Source: Balanoglossus misakiensis (taxonomy: Eukaryota; Animalia; Hemichordata). From it: DNA of 64,000 bases. Where the stretch lies: NCBI GenBank assembly GCA_040954595.2, contig CM082595.2, positions 7,856,317 to 7,920,316 of the forward strand, read 5' to 3'. The notes under the pieces are model-generated. The model saw only the letters and a program-made list of their open reading frames with translations, had not been told where the DNA came from and ran no database searches. Position 1 is the stretch's first letter. Each line of letters begins with the position of its first letter. Positions 53,231 through 64,000 of the stretch are shown piece by piece. Both the position numbers and the translations under genes were made by a program.

Positions 53231-53570
53231 TTAAAGGGATAAAGTCTCTCTCATTGCCCTTTTTTCATTAATTATGCTTGATAGAGGACACCGTTTACAT
53301 TATTCTACATGTAAGATATAGTGTATCAGCATTCAATCACACACAACGTCCATCCTGTTTGTTTGATATGAGAGGAAAACTCTCGCCAAAATGAATAAAC
53401 GGTAAACACCAAATGTTCATTTTGCCGAGTTTTTCACTCTCGTGTCTACGTGCGGGATGGAAGATGTGAGTAGTTGAACGTTGATTCACTATATATCCAC
53501 ATGTTGAATAACATAAACAGTGTCTTGTATCAATCACAATTAATGTAAAAAGGGCAGCGTGAGAGAGATT
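53231..53570. mobile_element. Palindromic TTAA-flanked MITE, copy 3 (right end truncated)
   Basis: Homologous to 10829-11182 and 51783-52128. Confidence 0.8.
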
Positions 53571-54823
53571 TGTAACACGATTGCCTGTTTTTGGTCTTGA
53601 TTGCCCTGCTTTGTCTGTGTATTTTCTCTGCACTGTCGCTCTATCTCCTGTTTAGCGACTCACACAAGCTTATATCACGACACTGTTGAAAACACTGTCT
53701 TGAGTTTCCCTAATTTTTCCAGAGTACAAAAATATTTCCAAGGGAAGAAGGCAGTATAACTAGGATGACTTTCTAAAAAAAAACTTACGGCGCCATGTAA
53801 TGGGCGGCCTTTGCGATGAATTCCATCATTAGCAGAAAATGTCTCAGCTTAAATCATCAAAACGGGAATGACGTGTGGTGAATCCATTGGACACAATCTT
53901 TAAAAAGTCAGATGATTAAGGTGCCTTCTGGGCATTTTGAAACCCTTATATTTTTTTTTCCTTTAACTGAGGATATACAGTAATGCACTAAAGACAGGAG
54001 AGAACTGCTGGTACTAGTTCTAGTGAAAGTAGAGCATTAAACTGAATATGTACAGTAATATATCAAAGATAAATTCATGGCTTAGCCTACAAAACATTCT
54101 TTATGTTCATGCTGGCGATAATACAGTCAATGTTAAAAATAATATTACTCAATAGTTTCTCACATATATGAATTTGATCATAGTTTTCAATTTTAAATCG
54201 ACTTGGTTGCTTAGAATCTCGACACAATTTAAACGTAAGGGAGGCTATAGGCAATGAGTTTATTTGCCTAGACGACGGTCGCGTTTTCCTATTCCAACAG
54301 TGAGGTTCCAGTATCCACTAAATGTCATGCGGTTTTGGACTTATGTACACATAAAAACGATGTACACAAATGGTCGGGTTCATGGTTATATGCCCGAGTT
54401 TGAATCAGGCAGGACATTTGTGAGTAAAAGCTACAACATAATAATGTCAATCTTTACTAACTTGCCACTAAGCATTTTCTAAATCTCAATCACGTTCACG
54501 ACAAAGGTGTGATCGATAGTTAGTGCTTCAGCTGTAAACAAAATTTGGTTTGTGAAAGATAGAAAAATGTTTCCGACAACTGTTATATAAATGTTAAGGT
54601 TTTTATTTTTTTTCCACGTCGGATAACTTCATCTAGAGAATTGTGTGCTGTGACGTTAGTCACGAGGCATCGACCGACAGCACGGGCATCATGGGAAAAA
54701 AGCTGATTCTGTTTTCATGTGCAAAGCCACCTGCGGCGACCACGTTGACGCATCTTTCGTGCACCTGAAATGTGGAGGCGCGATGCCTTGTCTCTGTACG
54801 TGATGCAGACATGAACCTTAATA

Positions 54824-55630
54824 TACATGGGTCAATCTGATTTAAATCCGATATAGTGTTGGGCCCCGTTATTACCTGTGCTGATTAATGGCTATTCGGA
54901 AGGGATGCCCCTCCCCTCCTTCGGCGACGCCCACACTACATCTGAACGTGATAGGAGTTCCCGTTTGAACCTCGTGCTTTCTCAAGCCAATCAGAGCGGT
55001 CGTTTGAGAAGAAAATTGGAGGGGGGGGGAACGAATTTGAACATTGGAAGCACATGTCGTGCGCGTGGCCATTCCCAAAGAATGGGGGAAGCCGCTCTGT
55101 GATTGGCCGAATGGATCCACTCGGTAAAACCGAGAACGGAACAGCTGATTTTGTTATAATTCGGTCGAACATTCGAGTAATTGTTATTAAAATCTTTCCC
55201 TCGTTCCTAGAAAGTGAATGCAATCATTGGGGACGTACGTTACCGAATGGGGGTGGGGCACATTTTTGATGTGGAACCACGGTGACCGTAGAGTGCCATC
55301 ATAATAATTGTAATTTTTGTTTACATTGTATCTTGAGACTGAAGTGTCAGATCAGTCTCGAATAAGAAACCGAACAGGCAGAATAAAGAAAATTAGCCAA
55401 ACATCATTTACATCGGAAGCGGAATCGATAATGCACGTCCCCAGGACGAGGGAGAGATTTCAATCAAAAATTATTCGAATGTTCGACCGAATTATGAAAA
55501 ATGAGCGGCTAAGCATTTGTTTTCTCTGTCTTCCAAGACGTAAAACTCTGACTTAGTGGAGTAATTCTCTTTGTGTATGCGTGCCAACTTAAATAGCGGT
55601 GGGTTGAAAATGCGTTTCACACCTATGTAT
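54824..55630. mobile_element. Non-autonomous repeat with internal inverted arms; related segment at 46310-46499
   Basis: ATACATGGGT...ACCTATGTAT ends. 55156-55235 is inverted at 55430-55497. 55430-55630 is colinear with 46310-46499. Confidence 0.55.
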
Positions 55631-56840
55631 CAATCTGATTAAAATCAGATGCATCGTCACTCAACTATTTTTGACAAAAGCATGCGGCAAAAGAATGTGA
55701 CACCCCTAAATGTTTCGGAAAAAATGACCCCCCTTTTCGATTTCAAAATTTCAGTTCCCCCACCCCACTGGATTTCGCACCCCCCCCCCTCCCAGGCCGT
55801 AAAAACTGAACGGTCCCTAACACAGTAAATATCCCCGAAAGAAATGTTATAGTAATTTTTCTCATAATAATGGATAAACAATGGCGAAAGCCTATAGGAC
55901 CAAATGGCTTTTTACTCTCGAAAGAGTGTCAACGTAACAAGGTTTCATCAAAGCGATAAAGGGAATTCCGACCTAAACGCTAACATGTTGAAATTTGGAC
56001 AGCCTATTAAGGGGGTGGTTTATAACCGACAGGCAACTGTTGTAATCTATCCGGCATAAACTGCTCGTCATCTTTAGGGAGCACCATAACAGATTTGATG
56101 AAGTCGGCAAACTTCCCTGGTTGAGAACGTAGAAGTGGACAACAACAGCAGATGGCCACTCGAACGTGTGGCTCTATGATAGTCTATTCCCACTGCTGGC
56201 TGCGCTATTTACGGCAGGCAACATCTTTGACTGGCGGACAAGCCCAGTTGTTCTCATCAGCTTCTGTGCCGGGATTTCCAACACGCGGAATTAAAGCGCG
56301 GAAGTTGGGTACTAGTATTATAGTAAGGCGAAAGAAAAATAATATGTGCTGTTCCGACTACATGGTTTTCAAAAATAGGGTAGGTAGGTATGGAAATGTT
56401 TTTATTTTGCAATTTTTATATCTGTGGCCGCCGTAGTGTAGAAGAATGACGTCATAGTTTTTGCACGATTCTCTCAATTTTTATAAATTTTGTACATTTG
56501 TATATTGTTTTTTTTTAAACTTCCGGTTTAGGAAGCTCTAAAAAGTCAAAACTGCACAGTTGATGGCAAATACCATTTTGGGTATATGTTTACTTTACGG
56601 TGAAATAAATATCAATATACTAACCTTTAACGTGAAAAGAATTTCCCTACCCATGGATTCGGGTCAAATTTGCCCATATAACGATATAAGGCTTCATAGA
56701 AAAAGTCCGATGGTAAACAAGATGTTGGAATGAACCGCCCATACTACACGGAAACTGTCACAATCACAAAACCAATCACGTCGCACTATTTATGTTTATC
56801 GACGCCATCCCTTGGACGCGGGAAAAAAGGTTTTGAAATG

Positions 56841-56942
56841 GTAATAGCCACCGATACCCGAATCGCTTGCGTCTGAGTAAACAATAGCCGTAGCGGAGAA
56901 CTTTGGTTTACTTCGGAAACCGTTCAATGCATCCAAATTTTG
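56841..56942 (-). pseudogene. Short DIRS/Ngaro-type RNase H fragment
   Basis: QNLDALNGFRSKPKFSATAIVYSDASDSGIGGY matches the SDAS..G.GG start of the RNase H domain. Confidence 0.6.
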
Positions 56943-57544
56943 TGCCAAAACTGAAGTTCCCGCGCGTGAGGGTCCGTCAAGTGCAAACACTGCGACCACG
57001 AACGCCGACACTCAACTTACGCGTACATTTGCCTATTGAATAAACGGGTAACTTGACCCAAATTTCACATATTGTTTTCCACAGTAAAATACTTCAAATA
57101 TATTCCCTATTCTTTAAAATCTTCACCATTATGCCATATTTCTTGCATATGCATAAGTTTGTCATCTCTTGGCGACACATACCACGATAGCCGCGTACAG
57201 TTTGTATGGAGGCTGATTAAATCGGTGCGGCACCATTTTAATACATAGCGTGTTCAAATTACAACATGCAGTCACGATCGGGTATCGGTAAGGTGTTCAT
57301 GTATACCTATCAGTATGCTTATTTAAATGGACCAATTTAAGTTGGAATGTGAGGGCGCTACTTTACATATCAAACTCTTTCTTTGGGAAGAGCGTTAGCC
57401 TGACTCGCTCTGAGAATGAAAGCCTGACGCTGATATTGTTACAATTCGTCGCTAGAGGGCGTTTACGTTGCAGACACCGCCCGGTTTGCCATAATACAAA
57501 CCACGTCATGTCTCTCGAAGTGTTTAGGAGTAAACGTACAGTTT

Positions 57545-58209
57545 TAAGGGACCGTTCAGTTTTTTACGACTGGAGGGTTCGGCTGGGGGGACCTGCAAAA
57601 TCCAGGGAGGGGGGTCACTTAAATGTTGATTTCCAAAAGGGGGTCATCTTTTTTTAAAACGTTTAGGGGGGGTCACATACTTTTGCAGCCCAACTTTTGC
57701 TTTTGAGTCCACAAAAATGCAGTTTCGAACCCTTAATTTTACAAAATTTTCTAATGTGGAAGGGGGACACCCACACCCTTCATTCTTCGCCATATCTAGT
57801 GTACCAGGGCAAAGTACTTGCCGCCACACCCCCTACCGATGCTAACTGTGAGTGGCAAAAGTACAATTTGTCCTCCCCAACGTAGAGTTAGTTTGCTTTC
57901 GAGTTCATTAAAATGCAACTTTTGAGCTCCTTATTTTACAAAATTTTCTTATGTGGGAGGGGGACACCCACCCTCTTCACTTTTCTTTTTTTTAACCAAT
58001 TCTACCAACTATTGTACAGTATTGACTTGTCACCTCAATTATAAATAAGAAGTTTAAAATAGGGGGGGGGCTCATAACATTTTTTGCCTGTCAAAAGGGG
58101 AGGGGGTCATCATTTTTGGTCCTGGGTGAAAAGGGGGGGGGGTGTCTGATTATGAAAACCGATGACACAAACTTCCCGCTCCCCGTCGTAAAAACTGACC
58201 GGTCCCTAA
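57545..58209. mobile_element. MITE with AGGGACCGTTCAGTTTT TIRs
   Basis: TAAGGGACCGTTCAGTTTTTTACG ... CGTAAAAACTGACCGGTCCCTAA. A lone right end of the same family lies at ~55700-55820. Confidence 0.75.
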
Positions 58210-59320
58210 GTATAGGCTTGAAAATTCCTCAAATATTTTACCTGCTGCGATCTGTTAATCAGATTGAGGGACTAGCAGTATATTTTTCCAAGCTTTGTAC
58301 ATTGTGCGCACAATTTCTCTGGTAGTCGAATAAATGGCGAAAAAATAGTGTTGTATTTTATATACTGAATTCATAGTTAAACATATTTCAATTCATGACA
58401 ATGAAAAAGAGCTAAGTCTAGAACATTTGCCCTTGCGAAACGTCCGCATTTCGACGCTGCGACCATGACGCGTGCTTCAGTAGACTGGTAACCATGACGA
58501 TAACAACTTTACCCAATATCCAATTTTTATCCCATTGTTAAGAGCGAATATCCTGAATTTGCCTTGTGCAAAATATGAGGGAAAATTACCACTGAATGGT
58601 CCAGTATAGCGTCGTCGAAGGTAGAGTATTTGGGAAAGCGACCAAGAGGACGATTGGGTCCGCTGTTCATGCTGCTGTTGATAATGAACAGGTTTGGCGG
58701 ATAGCGTGCATCATACATCGAATATTACAGAAATGGCTGTGTTTGTTCATTTTTTTTAAATCCTATTGAACTTCATTCAATGTATGCGCATCGATTTAAT
58801 TCCAACCTCGTACCAGAGACCCAGGGCCTCTGACAAACGTATATTTTTCCGCCGAAGGAACGAAGTGTTCCATTTCCCGTCTTGGTGTATTAAATGGCTT
58901 TTTATTCTGAGAGATGGTGAAGTGGCGCCAACGTGCCTCGTTGAGCTTTAAAATAGAAATCAGACGAAAAGTGTAAAACCTGCGTCGTTGGAAGCGAGCA
59001 AAGCAAAATATTTCCGTATTGCCATACGTTTGGATTCAAATCGCGTCGGGACTATTTTGAAATGCTGTGTGCGCTGTTCCAAATGCATAGGGCAAACGCC
59101 CATTTCCATTGTCCTCAAATCAATGCCAACGGGATTTAAAATGTTTCGAAATCTGAAAATATTTTGCTTCGCTCACTTACAAGAACACACCTTTTTGTTT
59201 CTTTATTTTTTCATTCTGTCAAAGGGCACTTTAGGTGGCTGCGACAACCGAATTAAGAACAGCTACTGACAAAATGCGTTGTTCAGAAAATGTACAATAT
59301 AAAAATAGACATTATAAATT

Positions 59321-60657
59321 TTTAGGTCCCATTTGTATAGGTATATACCAGTGGGACCTTATGGGATTGGTTGCGTCTGTATGTATGGATGGATGTATGG
59401 ATGGATGGATGGATGTATGTCTGTATGTCCGTCCACATCAAAAACTTGAAAACCGCTGCGCGTAAACCTCGATATTTGGTGTGTAGATGCATGCTGGGCT
59501 GTAGATGGGAGTTTGTTCAAACAAAGTTGTCATTGCCAAAATTATGCAATTTAGCTGGGAAAAACCTAAATTTGGTCAAAACTCAGAAACTCGACAACCT
59601 CTGGTCATATTGATTTGAAAATGGTATGCATGTACCTTATGTCAACCTCACACAGTTCTCTATGTTTTGAGCTAATAGTGTGAATTTTCTATTTTCTATG
59701 CATTTTTTTGTCTTTTTCCACATTTTTGGTAAACAAACTTCTTTTCTGGAATTGATCAGCCGACTTCTTTGAAATGTAGTATGGAGCTTCATATATGTGA
59801 TCTGAGTTACCAAAGTTTTGTTAAAATTGCCGCAAAATTTTCATATTTATAATTTTGGAGCAAGTTTTGCCTTTTTGATCATTTTTTTTCTGTAAAACCG
59901 ATTGTAAGATTGCTTTGACATTTGGTAGGCATTTTCCTTGGGATATCCCAAGTAAGATTTGCATGTATGTTTTTTTCAAATCAACTTGAAGAATTCAATA
60001 GCATATTTCTGGGGTGATTTTTGCCATTCTTGGTCAAAACTCTTTCTCAGAACCCTCTACCCCCAGTGCTATGAAATTTGATTTGAAGGTTTGAGGGTGT
60101 GTTCTCATGATGATTTACAAAACCTATGATAGAAGTGTCAATGTTTTATGGGGGCAATATCTTGTATTTTGGGGGCATATTTTCAAATTTCGATAAAAAT
60201 TAAATTTCTCAGAAAGTGTATGGCTGATTACTTAAACATTTGAGTTGTAAGTTAATGGGATTGGCTTCTTTTGAATTATAATGGCATGAAATCATAGGTA
60301 ATTCTGAACTTTTATATTTAGTACGATATTCTGTCTTATATCACAAAACATTTCATTTCAAAAAGAGCAATTACCAGTAATATTTTTGTAATAAAAGAAG
60401 CACCCCTACTGATATTTGTATACACAGCAAATTCCTGCATGATTACAGAACTGGCTATTTTTATAGAGATCAGCTGTTCTATTTAGTGTATGTGCATTGC
60501 AATGCCATTGGCAGCTTATGGGTCAGTCAGTGTTTGCCTGTTGAGCTGTCTATGTGTGTGTCAGTCTGTCTTTCTGTCTGTATTTGAACTCCGGCGTAGA
60601 CTTTTTTCTCGTGTAATCTGTAAATGGGACCACCGTGTCCTTGACGCGATTTTTTTA
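59321..60657 (+). mobile_element. Helentron-associated (HINE/DINE-1-like) non-autonomous element
   Basis: 5' TTTAGGTCCCA...TGGGACCT inverted pair, a (GTAT/GGAT)n microsatellite, then 3' TGGGACC followed by a short hairpin CGTGTC-CTT-GACGCG and a T tract. Confidence 0.6.
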
Positions 60658-62099
60658 TTAAACGGATCGCCTGGTCTGTCTTACTATATGCCAGCCATCT
60701 ACTGCTTAATGCAGATGTAAATATTTTTATATCGTGTTGGGATATAAATATTTTAAACTGTTAGTATTGCTTCGGCAGTCACCTGAGTTCTCAGAGCTTT
60801 GTGTGAAATTGGAAAATTTCAACAGGATTGGTGAGTACCCGTGACTATTACTGTAGGTTTCTCCTGCTAGTTTTAGTAATTCTCTAAATCTTTTTCATGA
60901 CTGTGTATATTTGGGGGATTGAATATAACAAAATGCGGTCTAATTTATATTTTTAAGACTGAATATTGTTTTATTTTATTTTATTTTCGTAATTATCTTT
61001 ACCTCAATTATACTTTTAACTTGCAAGCCACCCCCATATTACTTTACTATAGTCAGTATCAAGACGCATTTTCAAATGCTGATCGCATAATCCTTTTCTA
61101 CCTTCTGCTCAATATATCTCTCCTTTAGGCCGCATTCAGGGTTAAAGTGTATAAAACAATCTGTGACACGCTTTTACTTCAATTAGACACCGTTTACAAC
61201 GGGCACACCGGGGTGCTATGTCAGTACTTGACTGTCTTTACCGTCTCTGTCCGCTAAGCAAAAAAGGTTCAGAGGTGTGCACCAGACATGGTGCATGGCT
61301 GGTGCATGTCTGACCAACGGGTCACATGCATCGATATGAACACAGACCTGTGGCATTCTGATGGATCGGACCTGGTGCTGCGGACTGGCGGGTCAGACCT
61401 GTGGCAGGTCTGTCAGGAAAGACCTGGTGCAGATCTGACAGGTCAGGTCTGGTGCATGGCTTGCATGTCAGACAAGCACCGTACATGCCCGGGGCCAGAG
61501 CTGCATCAGACCTGTGACAGACCCGTTACAGTCAAATCCTGCCACAGGTGTGTCAATCATTAGCTGTGTAGATGTCCGTTTCTTGACCGTCCGGTGTCCG
61601 TTGATGAACTTCGTTCGTCATATAACTTCACGCAACTTGAACAAATGTCCAACAGGATTGCACAATTTTTTGATATTATGAATAAATATACCCAGTGAAA
61701 CGTTTACTGGTATTGTCGTATATTCTTTGGTTTACATTCCACTCGGTATGAAAGTGTTTGCAAACGTAAATAGATCTAACATTATAACTGTGGGAATCTG
61801 AAGAAATATATGTTCGATCCTTTTTCATTCTAGGACGAATTGTGCTTGAACTTCTGGTCACCAATGTTTACGCTAAAGAAACGAACTGCACACTATCCCA
61901 GCATACGATGGTTTCCTATATAATTCGTTTGTCACAAATGAGGTGGAGTGTTTTGACGAGCTGATGAAGTTGCCTTCCTTAATCGAAAACAAATCCCCCT
62001 GGAAGAGCGTCCAAAGCTACTGTGATACTGGTCCATACGTTGGGCCAACAAATACCTTCAGGGTGATGGTTGTGGATGTGAACCATATAGACAGGATTG

Positions 62100-62525
62100 A
62101 TCTGGTCTGTATTCGCCTGTATTTGCGTATCGTTTGTCTGTATTTGCGCTTCTTTGTCTGTATTTGCCTGTATTTGCGTATGTTTGTCTGTATTTGCCTG
62201 TATTTGCGTATCTTTGGTCTGTATTTGCGTATCTTTGGTCTGTATTTGCGTATCTATGGTCTGTATTCGCCTGTATTTGCGTATCTTTGGTCTGTATTGG
62301 CCCGTATTAAGGTATCTTTGGTCTGCATTAGCCTGTATTTGCGTATCTTTGGTCTGTATTTGCCTATCTTTGGTCTGTATTTGCCCGTATTAACGTATCT
62401 TTGGTCTGCATTAGCCTGTATTTGCCCGTCTTTGGTCTGTATTTGCCCGTATTAACGTATCTTTGGTCTGCATTAGCCTGTATTTGCGTGTCTTTGGTCT
62501 GTATTTGCCTGTAATTGCGTATCTT
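62100..62525. repeat. Tandem minisatellite (TCTGTATTTGCGTATCTTTGG-like 20-30 bp units)
   Basis: Repeated CTGTATTTGC cores. Explains the LYLRIFG/VCICV ORFs. Confidence 0.9.
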
Positions 62526-63688
62526 TGAATGTAGAACGCGCTTCAATATTTTTCGGTGGAAGTTTGCGTACTCGCTCAACGCTACAACCAGAACGGATGC
62601 GGATGCTGAGAAAGTGCATGCATCCTTATAACCAAAAACAAAATTAACTTATCAAAGTCAGTTCAATTCAGATGTACATCATGTCCTACTTCCAAAACGC
62701 CCATTTCGAAGCGTGTTCTATCCTACAGGTAGATATCCCCAAAGTGATTGTTGGTGTTGTTTGTATCACTTCAATCTCTGCCTTATGCCTGCCTGGACCC
62801 TTGTCTGATTCTTGCTTCCTTCCTGCCTACTAGCCCCGTTCGTCCCTCTGTCTATCTGACGTATTATTTGCCACTATTTTATTTTAAAATTTCCAGTGAA
62901 GAACATAGAAATCTCTCTAATTTCAGGGAGATTTCATAAATGACGTAGATGATGAATGGGAAGACGAGTGTTCGGAGTGCAGGTATGACTATTATGAGGA
63001 TGACATTCTTAAAATTGCATATGAAACAAACACCGTAAGTAAAAAATTCCTAATTTTTGTCGTTATTTATTACTACATGTATATGTGACTTTTAACAACC
63101 ATTTGGCAGAGCAATGCAATCAACATACATGTACATACACACAAACATACTGTTTATTTCTTTATGTTCTTCATAATCATAGACGTGTCCGACCCGTCTT
63201 GTCGCTGGATTTCACTGGGGGCATCCTGAAGGCACCACTGTGACATATTCAAGCCCTGTTGAATACTGCTATGCCCGTAATGTTGGCGATAAACACTACG
63301 AGTACTGCAAGCCATATCATCTTGACAGTCGCATGATGTCTTCTGTCGTAATGCAACGCGTACTATATTCCTGGTAAACGCGCTTGAGTGTGAAGACATA
63401 GTCTTTAACAGGATATCGAAAATTTACCGCTTTATTTGCGTATCTACTTCTGTAGGACTTCATTGAATTTGCTTCTATTCTCCTCCCGATTTACAGACGT
63501 TGTTCCTTTCTATTGCGCAGTCTCAATAAAGTACGTTATGATTTACTGGCAGAAAAGTATCATGTTTATCAAGTCTCCAACATAACGTAAAGTCGATCTG
63601 TTTTTACCAAACATATTGACTTAAAGGGAACAGTATTACTATGTTGTTAAGAAGAATGCACGGATATTGATCACATTCAAGTGTCATC

Positions 63689-63899
63689 TTAAGGATTATA
63701 CTTTTGTCAAATTGAAAGAATTTTCATTTCTTTTAATTTTTGATTTTTGGATTATCCTGTGTTTGTATGATGAAAATTCGTGATAAAATATAGGGGCCAC
63801 CTCGCTGGTTTGTTTTCTAACAATTAACAATGTAATCCTATGGGGAAAAAGACGAGTGCGCGCAGTTTTCCGGTTTATGTTCTGCGCATACATCCTTAA
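63689..63899. mobile_element. TTAA-flanked element, same family as 52341-52608
   Basis: TTAAGGAT ... TACATCCTTAA, sharing AATGTAATCCTATGGG...TTTCCGGTTTATGTTCTGCGC. Confidence 0.7.
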
Positions 63900-64000
63900 A
63901 TTAAATTAAATCAGTATAAAGTCGAGTAGAACTTTTGACCTTCCTATGTAATATTTCCACATTTCTCCTGTTTTGTTTTTATTTCAAGTGCGTTTGTACC

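Noticed and set aside
61943-62579. 170-aa hydrophobic repeat ORFs
   Set aside because: Derived from the 62100-62525 minisatellite.

Overview
AT-rich, intron- and repeat-rich eukaryotic DNA, most consistent with a marine invertebrate (species not determinable). No prokaryotic-type features. The main structure is a ~25.45-kb cut-and-paste DNA transposon at 14247-39699. It has TAC...GTA termini, a perfect 6-bp target-site duplication (GTACAC) and ~730-bp terminal inverted repeats built from TTTTGA/TTTCGA hexamer arrays. It carries two convergent intron-rich genes that I could splice by hand into phase-consistent, stop-free ORFs. One is a 10-exon IS3/integrase-type DDE transposase (+, 392 aa, IS3EU-like). 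The other is a 17-exon alpha-kinase of the eEF2K/MHCK/TRPM7-kinase family (-, 508 aa) with catalytic and zinc residues intact. The two genes have mirror-image 5' leaders next to TIR-type arrays. The rest of the window is mostly transposon debris: a tyrosine-recombinase pseudogene, DIRS-type and L2/CR1-type retroelement fragments, TTAA- and TA-flanked MITEs, hairpin-ended repeats, HINE-like elements and satellites. Splice models are manual predictions, not transcript-verified.
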